A stretch of DNA of 64,000 nt from an uncultured Acidobacteriota bacterium (lineage in GTDB: Bacteria; Acidobacteriota; Polarisedimenticolia; J045): the NCBI GenBank assembly GCA_963702425.1, contig CAVPCQ010000037.1:128001-192000 (forward strand), written 5' to 3'. The notes under the pieces were generated by a model, which was not told where the DNA came from, ran no database searches, and saw only the letters and a program-made list of their open reading frames with translations. A program made the position numbers and the translations under genes. The first letter of the stretch is position 1. Every line of letters starts with the position of its first letter. Shown piece after piece: positions 34,958-45,019 of the stretch.

Positions 34958-36583
34958 TCAATACGGCCGGTCCCAGGGATCGCTCGGTGGAGCCTCCTTC
35001 ATCGCGCGATCCCACGCCAGGGGCCCCGGGTGGGCGGCGATCGCACGCGCCGCGGCGAGCGCGAGGCCGGCGACCCGGGCCGCCTTGCCGGCATCGAGCG
35101 CGTCCGCGGTGTCGCCCGGGGTGTTGTAGTCCTTGTGCGGCCCGGTGAAGAGCATCACGGCGGGCACGTCCTTCTCGGCGAACGAGGTGTCGTCGCTCCG
35201 TCCCGGCGGGCGGAGATAGGGGAGCTTGCGGACCTCGAGCCCGACCGTCGTCGCGGCCGCGGCGAGGATCGCCGGCAGGTCGGTCGCGCGCGCGGTGTAG
35301 GAGGCGAGCACGACGCCGGCGTAGTCGCCGCGATCGCCGTTGTTGCGGCCGATCATGTCCATGTCGATCACCGCGACCGGGCGCGACCCGCCCGGCCACG
35401 GCACGGCGACGAAGGCGTGCGAGCCGAGCGCGCCCTTCTCCTCGGCGCCGAAGACGGCGAAGACCACGCTGCGGGGCAGTCCGTGGCCCGCCGCAGCGCC
35501 CGCGCGGAGCGCCTCCGCGAGCGCCAGCACGCCCGCTGTGCCGCTCGCGTTGTCGTCCGCGCCCGGGTAGACGACGAGCGACCCGTCGGCTCCCGTGTCG
35601 GCGCCGATATGATCGTAGTGGGCCGCAACGACGACGGTCTCGCCGGCGAGCTGCGGATCGCTTCCGGGGAGCACGGCGACGACGTTCTGCTGCTCGAGCG
35701 TCTCGGCGCGGTAGCCCGGCAGCACGAGCCGCACCGTCGCACCGTCCAGGGCGCGGCGGGGACTTCGCCCGACGCCGGCCGCCGCGAGCAGCTCGGCGGG
35801 AGCGGCGTGGCCCGCGGCGAACAGGCGCGCGGCGACCTGCTCGCCGACGTACACGACCGGCGGCAGGGGCGCGGTGCCGGGCAGCACGAAGCGCGGCCGC
35901 GCCTTCTCGCGCAGATCGCGGCGCCAGGATTCCTCGATCGGCCGCCCCCCCGGCGGCGCGGCGACCAGCAGCAGCGCCGCCCCCGCCTCGGCCGCGGCCG
36001 CGGCCTTCGTGGCGACGAACGAGAAGCGCGACATCCGGCCCGGCGCGAAGGCCGAGCGATCCCCGTCCAGCTTGGGCTCGCCGGCCCAGACCAGGACCGC
36101 GCGCCCCTTGACGTCGAGCCCGGCGAAGTCGTCGTGTTCCGGCTCCCGCGCACGGATCCCCCAGCCGGCGAAGACGACGGAAAGGGGCGCCGTAGCGGCT
36201 TCGGTCGGCGGCGCCAGCAGCTCGACGAACACCCCCCGCCCCTGGGGAACGGCGGCCGTGTCGCCGACTGCGAGCCCCGCGCCGGCCTGGTCGAAAGAGA
36301 GCCGCTGGACGTCGAAGGGCTGCAGGTAGGCGCCGTCCGGCCCGGCCCCGGCGAGCCCCATCCTGGCGAAGCGCTGGGCGACCGCGAGCGCGGCGAGCGC
36401 AGCCTCCGGCGTGCCGGCCTCCCGGCCGCGCAGCGCGGGGTGGGCCAGGAGCTGGACGTCGGCGGCGATCGAGGCGGCGGAGATCGTCTGCGCCGCGGCG
36501 GCCGGGACGGTGAGCGCGAGCAGCGTCGCGAGCGCGGCCCGGCCGGCCGCGCGAGCGGGAACGGAGGCGCGTGAGCGGGTCAT
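34958..36583 (-). CDS. Secreted M28 family peptidase with PA domain
   Basis: GREAGT, AHYDHIG, PGADDNASG, FGAEEKG, DMDMIGR, RSDD; signal peptide from ATG 36583. Confidence 0.92.
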   Translation of the reverse strand: MTRSRASVPARAAGRAALATLLALTVPAAAAQTISAASIAADVQLLAHPALRGREAGTPEAALAALAVAQRFARMGLAGAGPDGAYLQPFDVQRLSFDQAGAGLAVGDTAAVPQGRGVFVELLAPPTEAATAPLSVVFAGWGIRAREPEHDDFAGLDVKGRAVLVWAGEPKLDGDRSAFAPGRMSRFSFVATKAAAAAEAGAALLLVAAPPGGRPIEESWRRDLREKARPRFVLPGTAPLPPVVYVGEQVAARLFAAGHAAPAELLAAAGVGRSPRRALDGATVRLVLPGYRAETLEQQNVVAVLPGSDPQLAGETVVVAAHYDHIGADTGADGSLVVYPGADDNASGTAGVLALAEALRAGAAAGHGLPRSVVFAVFGAEEKGALGSHAFVAVPWPGGSRPVAVIDMDMIGRNNGDRGDYAGVVLASYTARATDLPAILAAAATTVGLEVRKLPYLRPPGRSDDTSFAEKDVPAVMLFTGPHKDYNTPGDTADALDAGKAARVAGLALAAARAIAAHPGPLAWDRAMKEAPPSDPWDRPY

Positions 36584-36621
36584 GCCCGCATCGTAACCCG
36601 GGCAGTTAAACTCCGCGCATG

Positions 36622-38665
36622 GTGCGTCGTGAAGAAGCCGGTGGCCAGGGCCAGCAGACGGCGATGGGGGTCCGGTTTCATGCTGCACCGATCCAGCGGG
36701 TGGAAGTCCCGCCCCGGTAAGCGCCGGAGCGCCGGGTAGCAGGCCCCAGGCGAGGGCGGGAGACCGCCTTGCCCGAGCGGGGCATCGAAAGCCTGCGAGG
36801 CGGCGGAAGCCGTGCCGCAGGGAGCGAGCACGCGGGCCGCAACCTGAAGTGAAGCCTGCAGCCTCGACAGAGGAACAATCCGGGGGCCGAGCCGCTCATG
36901 TCACGGCGAAGGCAACACCGCCCGCGTCAGAACCGGAGCGCGCGGGCGGTCCCGGCGGGGTAGGGGGCGCAGCACGCGTGCAAGGAGCGGTGCGGAACAC
37001 GAGAGACCCGTCTGCGCGGCCCACGTCGGGGCCAGGCGCGCCGTATCAGCCGGAGGCGAAATCGGCCGTTGCGCAGCGGGAGTCCGAGGGGATCGTAGTA
37101 CCGGTGATCGTCGCGACGAAGAACGCGACGGGAGGGAAGGGTCCCTGCGGTGGTCATGTCGTCGAAGCAGGTAAGCGCGAGGGAATGGCCGCCGCGAGCG
37201 GACCTAACGACCCCGGCGCCGGCGAGGCGCGCGAGAAAGTGCGACGACTGCAACGACGGCTGTGGAGTGCGGCCAAACGGTCGGCTGGGAGGCGTTTTCA
37301 CGCGTTGTACGACCACCTCCACAGGGGTGACGTCCTGCGGGAAGCGTGGCGGCGAGTGCGGGCGAACCGCGGCGCGGCGGGCGTGGATGCCGAAACGATC
37401 GCCGAGGTCGAGCGGTATGGGGTCGAGCGGATGCTGAACGAACTCGGCCAGGCCCTGCGTGCGAAGGAGTACCGGGCCGGGGTGGTGCTGCGCCGGTCCA
37501 TCCCGAAGGCTGACGGAAGGCAGCGGCCGCTGGGCATCCCGACGGTCCGGGACCGGGTGGTGCAGAGGGCGGCGAAGCTGGTGCTGGAGCCGATCTTCGA
37601 GGCCGATTTCCTGCCGGTTTCGTATGGCTTCCGCCCCAAGCGGAGCGCGCAGGGTGCGCTGGAGACGCTGAGGAAGCTCGGCGCGAAGGGGCACCATCAC
37701 GTGCTCGACGCGGACATCCGCAACTACTTTGGGAGCATCGACCACGACAAGTTGCTGAAACTCGTCGGGCGACGCGTCTCGGATCGGCGGGTGCTCAAGC
37801 TGCTGCGGCAGTGGCTCGAGGCTGGGGTGCTGGAGGATGGCACGGTGACCCCGACGATCGCGGGGACGCCGCAGGGCGGGGTGATTTCACCGCTGCTGTC
37901 GAACATCTACCTGCACGTCCTTGATGTCCTGTGGACGCGACACAGCGCTCCCTTGGGGACGCTGGTGCGTTACTGTGACGACTTCGTGGTGCTGTGCCGC
38001 ACGAAGGTGGCGTGCGAGCGGGCCGAGGAGCGGATACGGGTGATCCTTGGGCGGCTCGGCCTTGAGTTACACCCGGAGAAGACGAGGCGGGTCGAACTCT
38101 GGAACGGTAAGGAGGGCTTCGATTTCCTCGGCTGCCATCTGCACAAACGTCTGAGCGGCAAGGTCTGGGAGCAGACGGGACAGCGCCTGTACTTCCTGCA
38201 CCGGTGGCCGTCTCCACGGGCGATGAAGCGGATCCGGCAGCGCGTGAAGGAGCTGACCCCGCGGGGACGATGCCACGCCGATCTGCGCGAGGTGATCGCC
38301 GTCCTCAACCCCGTCCTGCGCGGGTGGGGTGCTTACTTCCGCACCGGGAATGCCGCCAAGCGCTTCAATCAGGTCGATCGCTACGTCTGGCAACGGCTCC
38401 GGCGCTTGCGGCTTCAGCGCCAAGGCCGATCCCTCCAGCCTGGCGAGGCGGCCCGATGGACGCGCGAGTTCTTCTGGAACCTGGGATTGCACCGGCTGCG
38501 GGGCACGATCCAGTCCCCCGAACAGCCCTTCTGGCAGGCCGTGTAATGCCGCGCCTCGAGAGACCACCGGTAAGCCGTGTGCGGGAAATCCGCACGCACG
38601 GTTCGAAAGGGGGTCTTGCACGTCCGACGGGGCAACCCGGTCGGGCGCGATAGGATCTACCAATG
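36622..38665 (+). mobile_element. Group II intron (full length, RT/maturase, no endonuclease domain)
   Basis: 5' GTGCG at 36622; domain V AAGCCGTGTGCGGGAAATCCGCACGCACGGTTC (38572-38604, AGC triad); domain VI hairpin with bulged A at 38659; 3' end ...CTACCAAT(G) at 38664/38665. Confidence 0.93.
37185..38546 (+). CDS. ltrA: Group II intron reverse transcriptase/maturase
   Basis: RPLGIPTVRDRVVQ, SYGFRP, DADIRNYF, GTPQGGVISPLLSNIYLH, YCDD, FDFLG, and maturase NPVLRGWGAYF; likely ATG at 37185. Confidence 0.95.
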   Translation: MAAASGPNDPGAGEAREKVRRLQRRLWSAAKRSAGRRFHALYDHLHRGDVLREAWRRVRANRGAAGVDAETIAEVERYGVERMLNELGQALRAKEYRAGVVLRRSIPKADGRQRPLGIPTVRDRVVQRAAKLVLEPIFEADFLPVSYGFRPKRSAQGALETLRKLGAKGHHHVLDADIRNYFGSIDHDKLLKLVGRRVSDRRVLKLLRQWLEAGVLEDGTVTPTIAGTPQGGVISPLLSNIYLHVLDVLWTRHSAPLGTLVRYCDDFVVLCRTKVACERAEERIRVILGRLGLELHPEKTRRVELWNGKEGFDFLGCHLHKRLSGKVWEQTGQRLYFLHRWPSPRAMKRIRQRVKELTPRGRCHADLREVIAVLNPVLRGWGAYFRTGNAAKRFNQVDRYVWQRLRRLRLQRQGRSLQPGEAARWTREFFWNLGLHRLRGTIQSPEQPFWQAV

Positions 38666-41557
38666 CACACGACTTGCCGGAACGTACCCTTGGTCGTCCT
38701 CGTCCTCGTCCTCGCAGCGGCCGGCCTGCCGGCTGCCGCCAGTTCGGCCGCCATCACCTCACCCGCGTCCGCGTCCCCGACCGGCGCCGAACTCGCGGTC
38801 GTCACCGCCGTCCGCGAGCTCGTCTTCGCGAACGGCGCCCGGGCGTTGCTCGTGCCGCGAGCCGGGAGCGGGTCGGTGCTCGTGGCGGTCTCCGTCGGCG
38901 CCGGGGCCCAGGACGAGCCGGCCGACCGGATCGGCATGTCGCACTTCCTCGAGCACCTGCTGTTCGACGGCTTCGACGGGATGGACGAGCGCGGCGTGAC
39001 CGAGGCGTTCGAAGCGCTCTCCTCGTACGTCAACGCGTTCACGCGCGACCAGGCGACGGTCTACTTCGCGCTCACGCCGCGCGAGGAGGCCGCGCGCGCC
39101 GCCGCGCTGCTGGCCGGGATGCTCACGCGCTCCACGATCCCGGAGGCCGCCTTCGAGAAGGAGCGGAAGGTGATCCTCGAGGAACTCGCGCGCGAGGCGG
39201 CGCAGCCCTCCATGGTGCGCGAGCAGGCGGCGCGCGCCGCGCTGTGGCAGGACAGCCCTTGGGCCCGCTCGGCGGGGGGCACGCCCGAGACCGTCGGCGC
39301 GGCGACGCGCGACGAGGTCGTTTCGTTCTGGAAGCGCCACTACGTCCCCGGGGCGATGCGCATCCTCGCGATCGGCGACGCGGACCCGGCGACACTCGCC
39401 GCGATCCTGGCGCCGCTCGAAGCGCTGCCGCCCCCCGCGGCGCCCGGCGCGCGCCCGGCGCCGCCGCGCCCCGGGCCCGCGCGCCCGTCGCCCCGCAACT
39501 TCCCGCACTGGGCGACCTGGGTCGCTACGCCCGCGGGGGAGGAACCGCCGCAGCTGACGGTCGCCCTGGTGCCGCCCGCGGGGGTCGCGGGCGGACCCGC
39601 ACTCGACGTGCTGGCCGAGTGGCTGGGCGACGACGGCGGCCCGGTGTCGAAGGCACTCGTCGGTCACGGCGCGACCGAGGTCTCCGCCGGCCGGCTGCCC
39701 CGCCGGCCCGACGACGTGATCGAGATCACCGTCACCGCCGCGGAGGGCCAGGATCCGCAGGAGCTGCTCGCCCGCGCACTCGGCGTGCTCGAGGCCGCGC
39801 GCAGCGGACCGCTCGACGCCGAGGCGACGCGCCTGGCGCGGGCGTGGCTCTCCGAGCGCGCGCTCTCGCGCCAGCGCCTGCACTACACCGCGGTCCTGGA
39901 CGGTGAAGCGCTCGCCGCCGCCGATTCGCTGCAGGCGGCGATCGATCCGCGGGCGCCCACTGCAGCCGAGCTGCGCGCACTGGCTGCCGCGATCCTGACC
40001 GGCCTCGCGCCGCGCGCGCGCGCGGTCTGGTCGGGGCCGGGTGGGCCCGCGTCGCGCGTCGCGCTCCCGGCGCCGGTCGCGGCCGCGCCCGGGTCGGCGT
40101 CGAAGATCGCTGCCGGACCGCGCGGCAGCCGCGTGGCGACCCTTCCGAACGGACTCGTCCTCGGGGTGCTCGAGGAGCCGGGCAGCCCGGTCTTCGGGAT
40201 CCACCTGCTCGTGGCCGACCGCAATGCGCGCGAGCCGGCGGGCCAGGACGGCGCCGCCGACCTCGCGCACCGCCTGCTCGGGGAGGGTAGCCAGCTGAGT
40301 CCCGGAGAGAGCTTCGAGCGTCGCCTGCAGCGCGCCGGGATCGATCTCACCCCGGCCGACAACCCGATGATCCCGATGGACGATCGTTACCACGTGCCGG
40401 CCTGGTCCTACGTGCGGGAGGAGGGGCCGGCGGACGAGTTGGACGCGGCGCTCGAGTTGCTGGCCGAGATGCTGCGCCAGCCGCAGTGGAACACCGCGGC
40501 GTGGGAGGCCGCGCTGTCCGCTCACCGCCAGTCGCGGCGCGCGGGCGGGCAGGGGAGCGCGCGCCTCGACGCGGCCCTCCGGGCGCGGCTGCTCGGCCCC
40601 GATCACCCGTTGGCGCGGCCGGCGTCCGGGAGGCCCGACGCCCCCCCCCCGACCGAGGACCAGGTCCGTGCGTTCTGGGGGACCGGAACGGACGGCTACT
40701 TCGCGCCGGCCGCGCTGGTGCTGACGGTGGCGTCGCCCTGGGACGCGGCGACGGTCGTCGAGCGGGTCCTGGAGCTGCTCGGGACCGGTCCGGGCGCTGC
40801 CCCCGCCCGCGTTGCCTACCCCGACCCGAGCCCACGTGATACGCCTCCCGCAGCCGCGGCCGTGTCGGCCCCCCCGGCGCCACCCTCTGCGGCGTCCGGC
40901 GCCCCGGCGGCCCCCCCTGGAATGGCGGACCCTTCGTCGAAAGGGATGCCTTCCGGGATGCCTCCCGGGATGCCTCCGGGAATGCCCCCCACGATGCCCC
41001 CCACGATGCCGCCCGGGATGCCTGCCGGCGCCGGCGGCACGGGCCCCGGGGGGCCGCCCCCGCAGCTCGGCCTGGCCTGGGGGCGCGTGGTCGGAGTGCC
41101 CCCGGCGGATCGCGCCGCGCTGCTCGTCGCGGTCTCCGCGCTCGAGGACCGGATGACGGCGGAGTTGCGCGAGAAGCAGGGGCTGCTCTACCGCCATGAC
41201 GCGGGGGTTCGCGCGTTGCCGCGCGGCGAGTGGCTGATCTCGGCGTCGTTCTCGACGCGCCCCGAGAACGAGGCCCAGGCGATCGCCGCGTTCGAGTCGC
41301 TGCTCACCGGTCTCGCTGCGCAGCCGCTGCCTGCCGCCGATCTCGAGCGCATGCTGGCCCGCGCGCGGCGGCGCGCGATGCTCGACGGGCAGTCGGCCGT
41401 CTCGCGGGCCTACACCCTGGGGCGCCAGATCTACGAGGGGGACGCGTCGCCGCTCGGGATCACGCTGGCCGCGCTGGAGCAGGTGACGCCGCAGGCGGTC
41501 CAGGCGGCCGCCGCGGCGTGGCTCGAGCCCTCGCGGATGGCGCGGGTCCAGCAGTGA
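38663..41557 (+). CDS. Secreted M16 family (insulinase-like) zinc peptidase
   Basis: Signal peptide; GMSHFLEHLLF (HxxEH), NAFT, EKERKVILEE; second inactive M16 half. Confidence 0.92.
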   Translation: MHTTCRNVPLVVLVLVLAAAGLPAAASSAAITSPASASPTGAELAVVTAVRELVFANGARALLVPRAGSGSVLVAVSVGAGAQDEPADRIGMSHFLEHLLFDGFDGMDERGVTEAFEALSSYVNAFTRDQATVYFALTPREEAARAAALLAGMLTRSTIPEAAFEKERKVILEELAREAAQPSMVREQAARAALWQDSPWARSAGGTPETVGAATRDEVVSFWKRHYVPGAMRILAIGDADPATLAAILAPLEALPPPAAPGARPAPPRPGPARPSPRNFPHWATWVATPAGEEPPQLTVALVPPAGVAGGPALDVLAEWLGDDGGPVSKALVGHGATEVSAGRLPRRPDDVIEITVTAAEGQDPQELLARALGVLEAARSGPLDAEATRLARAWLSERALSRQRLHYTAVLDGEALAAADSLQAAIDPRAPTAAELRALAAAILTGLAPRARAVWSGPGGPASRVALPAPVAAAPGSASKIAAGPRGSRVATLPNGLVLGVLEEPGSPVFGIHLLVADRNAREPAGQDGAADLAHRLLGEGSQLSPGESFERRLQRAGIDLTPADNPMIPMDDRYHVPAWSYVREEGPADELDAALELLAEMLRQPQWNTAAWEAALSAHRQSRRAGGQGSARLDAALRARLLGPDHPLARPASGRPDAPPPTEDQVRAFWGTGTDGYFAPAALVLTVASPWDAATVVERVLELLGTGPGAAPARVAYPDPSPRDTPPAAAAVSAPPAPPSAASGAPAAPPGMADPSSKGMPSGMPPGMPPGMPPTMPPTMPPGMPAGAGGTGPGGPPPQLGLAWGRVVGVPPADRAALLVAVSALEDRMTAELREKQGLLYRHDAGVRALPRGEWLISASFSTRPENEAQAIAAFESLLTGLAAQPLPAADLERMLARARRRAMLDGQSAVSRAYTLGRQIYEGDASPLGITLAALEQVTPQAVQAAAAAWLEPSRMARVQQ
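40943..41026 (+). repeat. Imperfect 12-bp tandem repeat x7 encoding (G/T)MPP
   Basis: GGGATGCCTTCC GGGATGCCTCCC GGGATGCCTCCG GGAATGCCCCCC ACGATGCCCCCC ACGATGCCGCCC GGGATGCCTGCC. Confidence 0.85.
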
Positions 41558-42637
41558 GTGCCGATCGCCGGGGGCGCGCCGCCGCGGTCCACGCCAGCGC
41601 GCCGCTGCGCGTCGATCTCGCCGGGGGCACGCTCGACCTCTGGCCGCTCGGGCTGCTGCAGCCCGGCGGCGCCACCGCGGCGGTCGCGATCTCGTTGCGC
41701 GTCGCCGCGAGCGCCGGGCCGCCGCCGCGGCGCGGGGTGATCGCGCTCACCGCGGTGGACCTCGCGCTCTCCGAGCGGCATCCGGCCGACGCACCGCTCC
41801 GGCGCCGCGGCCGGCTCGAGCTGCTGCAGCGAATCGCCGCTGCGCTCGCCCCGCCCGACGGCGTGACGCTCGTCACCCGCTCACCCGTGTCGCAGGGCTC
41901 CGGCCTCGGCACGTCGTCGGCGCTCGGTGTCGCGGCGGCCGCGGCGCTGCTGCGATACCGCGGACGGCGCGCTTCGCGCGCCGCCGTCGTCGCGCTCGTG
42001 CGCGATCTCGAGGCGCAGGTGCTCGGCATCCCGACCGGGACGCAGGACCACGAGGCGGCCTGGGGGGGCGGGGCGTTCTTCATGCAGCACGCCGCCGGGA
42101 GGCGGGACGCTCTGGCTCCTGCCGCCGTCCGTCCTCGCGGGGCTCGACGAGCGGCTCCTGGTCTTCGATTCCGGCCTCGCGCGCAGCTCCGGTCCGTCGA
42201 ACTGGGACATGTTCCGGCGCCGCGTCGAAGGGGATCGCGCCGCGGTCCGCGCGCTCGCCCAGGTCGCCGACGCCGGAGCGCGGGCCGCGGAGGCGCTCGT
42301 CGCGCACGACTGGCGGGCGCTGGGGCGCGCGATGCGGAAAGACCTCGATGCCCGCCGCGGCTGGTCGCCGCTGGTCCTCACGCCGGCGCTCGAGCGGGCC
42401 TTCGACGCCGCGCGTCGCGCCGGTGCGACGGGGTGGAAGGTGTGCGGCGCGGGCGGCGGCGGCTACGCGATCGCGCTGGTGGAGCCGGCACGCCGCGCGC
42501 GGGTGGCGCGCGCGATCGAGGAGTCGGGGGCCCGCCTCAGCGAGGCGCGGCCGACGGCGCGCGGCCTCGTCGTCGCCCGGTCGCGCGAGCCCCGCCCTGC
42601 GAGGGCTCGATCGACGCGTGTTCCCCCTTTGATCTAG
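41554..42637 (+). CDS. GHMP kinase (HddA/sugar kinase-like), frameshift near 42080
   Basis: APLRVDLAGGTLD, GSGLGTSSA, GTQD, then in the next frame KVCGAGGGG; GTG overlaps the M16 stop. Confidence 0.85.
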
Positions 42638-43092
42638 CGCGCCGCGTTGAGCGCGAGCTTCACCTTCTGCTTGCCGGGGGCACAGAAACCGCTCGCCTTG
42701 ACGCAGTAGGTGAAGACCAGCGTGCCCTCGAGCACTGCCGACCCGGCGCGAGACGGCGTCACGCGCAGTTCGAGCGGATCGATCTTCTTGAAGGCGAACT
42801 CGGCGGGGTCCTCGATCGGCGTCGTCGTCCCGACGAACGCCTCGGGCTTCTCCAGGGCCACGCCCCCGGTCTTTTCGATCGTCAGCGTGATCCCGGGGTA
42901 CCGGTTGAGGGTGATCCCTGCGGGGGGCTGGACCGTGACCCGGACGACCCCGGCCTGCCCGGCCTCGAGCGGGTCGGGGGCCTGCGCGACGGTGAGCGTC
43001 ATCTCGGGCGCGGGCCCCGGCTTCAGGGCCAGGGCGGCCTGCGGGGCGAGTGCAGCGGCGAGCGCGGCGGCGGCGGCGGCGGTACGGCGCAT
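42634..43092 (-). CDS. Secreted protein resembling the DsbD N-terminal domain
   Basis: Signal peptide; Ig-like beta pattern with YC-x5-CAP near the C-terminus. Confidence 0.6.
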   Translation of the reverse strand: MRRTAAAAAALAAALAPQAALALKPGPAPEMTLTVAQAPDPLEAGQAGVVRVTVQPPAGITLNRYPGITLTIEKTGGVALEKPEAFVGTTTPIEDPAEFAFKKIDPLELRVTPSRAGSAVLEGTLVFTYCVKASGFCAPGKQKVKLALNAAR

Positions 43093-43230
43093 CGTGGTCT
43101 CCTGGGGCATGATACGGGGCGGTCGCGGAGATCGCCCGAGGTTCGCCATTCTGCTGGACGGCGGGCCGGATCGAGCGTATCAGGTGAGAGGTTCTGCCGT
43201 GCACCCGCCGCACCGTCCGGGAGGGACCCG

Positions 43231-43869
43231 ATGACTGCTTGGCCGAAGGCCGATCCGAGAACCCTGGTGGGCGCGATCTCCGCCCTCGGCCTGGCTCTGT
43301 TCCTGGCCGGCGGGATCGAGGCCCGGGCCGACGAGACGATCCGGTTCAAGAACGGCCATTCGCTCACGGTCCGGTCGTCCAGCGTCGAGGGCGAGACGGT
43401 GCGCGTCGTGCTGGCCAACGGGAGCGAGGCGAGCTTCCCGGCGTCGATCGTCAAGCTGACCGAGACCGGCGTCGTCGCCGCGCCAGCGTCGGCCCCGAAC
43501 GTCGCGAGCGGCTTTGCCGGGCGCGGCCCGCGCGGGGCGGACCTGCTCGGAAGCCGCCGGGCCGACGCCATGGCCGCCATGGCAAAGGCCGGCGGGTCCT
43601 CATCCAAGCGGGCCGTCGCGCAGGGATTCCTCAACTCGAACGGCGGCAACTCGCCACAGACCGTTGGTTTCTCGCACTGGGGAAGCACGGCGATCGGTCT
43701 TCCCGCTCCCGGCTCGCAGCGCGCACCGGTCGCCAGTATCGCCAACCGACCCACCGGGCGCGGCGGCTCCACCAACGGGACGCAGGGGCCGGGCGGGACG
43801 CCTGCGTCCTCCGGGATTCCCGACGGGGAGGTGGTGAATCCCTCCGACCGCACGCACGGCCACAACTGA
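43231..43869 (+). CDS. Secreted hypothetical protein
   Basis: Signal peptide ending ARA-D; ETIRFKNG..L.V small beta domain followed by a low-complexity tail. Confidence 0.65.
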   Translation: MTAWPKADPRTLVGAISALGLALFLAGGIEARADETIRFKNGHSLTVRSSSVEGETVRVVLANGSEASFPASIVKLTETGVVAAPASAPNVASGFAGRGPRGADLLGSRRADAMAAMAKAGGSSSKRAVAQGFLNSNGGNSPQTVGFSHWGSTAIGLPAPGSQRAPVASIANRPTGRGGSTNGTQGPGGTPASSGIPDGEVVNPSDRTHGHN

Positions 43870-43872
43870 CGC

Positions 43873-44445
43873 GTGCCGTTGATCGTCGGGCTCACCGGGC
43901 CGAACGCCGCCGGAAAAGGGGAAGCTGCACGCTGGCTGGCGGAGCGCGGTTTCGTCGTCCACTCCCTGTCGGACATCGTGCGCGAGCGGGCCCTGGCGCA
44001 GGGCCGTGATCTCGGGCGCGCGAGCCTGATCGAGACCGGCCAGGAAATGCGGCGCGAGGGGGGGCCGGGGGTTCTCGCCCGACTGCTCGTCCCGCGGCTT
44101 TTCGATCGCGCCGTGGTGGACTCGATCCGCCACCCGGCCGAGGTCGAGGAGCTGCGCCGATTGCCGGGGTTCCGGCTGCTGGGGGTCGACGCGCCGGCCG
44201 AGATCCGGTGGCGGCGGGCGGTCGCCCGCGGGCGGGAAGGGGATGTCCCCGACTTCGAGACGTTCGCCGCCCGGGAGCGGCTCGAGAACGGCACCTCGCC
44301 CGAGCAGCAACAGCTTTCCCGGGCGCTCGCGCTCGCGGACCGGGTGGTTGCCAACGATGGAAGCCTCGAGCAGTTCCGCGACGCCGTGCTGGCCATCCTG
44401 GCGGCCTGGGAGGCCGAAAGCGGTTCGCCGACCGGGGACCGCTGA
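43873..44445 (+). CDS. P-loop nucleotide kinase (dephospho-CoA kinase/NMP kinase-like)
   Basis: IVGLTGPNAAGKGE, SLSDIVRE, VVDSIRHPAEV, ADRVVANDGS. Confidence 0.8.
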   Translation: MPLIVGLTGPNAAGKGEAARWLAERGFVVHSLSDIVRERALAQGRDLGRASLIETGQEMRREGGPGVLARLLVPRLFDRAVVDSIRHPAEVEELRRLPGFRLLGVDAPAEIRWRRAVARGREGDVPDFETFAARERLENGTSPEQQQLSRALALADRVVANDGSLEQFRDAVLAILAAWEAESGSPTGDR

Positions 44446-44474
44446 TTGACGCCGCGGGACCCCCCACCTAGAAT
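44446..44474 (+). promoter_or_regulatory. Sigma70-type promoter for nuoI-dxs
   Basis: TTGACG-N17-TAGAAT. Confidence 0.7.
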
Positions 44475-44500
44475 CCGATAACTCCGCGTCAAAGCACGAT

Positions 44501-45019
44501 TTGGCGCGTCGAGCGCCGGAGGGCCGCGTGAGGGTCGAACGGAAGAAGCTCTCGCTCCTGCAGCAGACCTACCTGCCGCAGATCGCCGCGGGCCTCGCCA
44601 CGACGCTGGGCAACACGCTTCCCCGGGAGCGGGTCACCAGCCAGTACCCGGAGGCGCCGACGCCGATCCCGCCGGGCTACCGCGGCGTTCCGGCGCTGGT
44701 CCGCGACGAGAGCGGCCGGATCAAGTGCGTGGCCTGCCAGCTCTGCGAGTTCGTCTGTCCGCCGGAGGCGATCAAGATCGTCGCCGCCGAGTACCCGGGC
44801 AGCAACGTCGAGAAATACCCCGCGCGGTTCGACCTCAACATGCTGCGCTGCATCTACTGCGGGATGTGCGAGGAGGCGTGTCCGGAGGAGGCGATCTTCC
44901 TCTCCGACGTGGCCACCTTCGTCGTCGCGTCGCGCGACGAGGCGGTCCTCCCCAAAGAGAAGCTGCTGGAGATCGGCGGCGTCCGGCCCATGAAGATCCG
45001 CAAGTGGGCCAGCAAGTAA
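44501..45019 (+). CDS. nuoI: NADH-quinone oxidoreductase subunit I
   Basis: TSQYPE, CVACQLCEFVCP and CIYCGMCEEACP (two 4Fe-4S motifs). Confidence 0.9.
   Translation: MARRAPEGRVRVERKKLSLLQQTYLPQIAAGLATTLGNTLPRERVTSQYPEAPTPIPPGYRGVPALVRDESGRIKCVACQLCEFVCPPEAIKIVAAEYPGSNVEKYPARFDLNMLRCIYCGMCEEACPEEAIFLSDVATFVVASRDEAVLPKEKLLEIGGVRPMKIRKWASK

Noticed and set aside
36849-38546. RT as a DGR, retron or CRISPR-associated RT acting on the lipoprotein paralogs
   Set aside because: It has a maturase domain and flanking intron domains V/VI; no TR/VR pair with adenine-specific differences, no avd, no cas genes.
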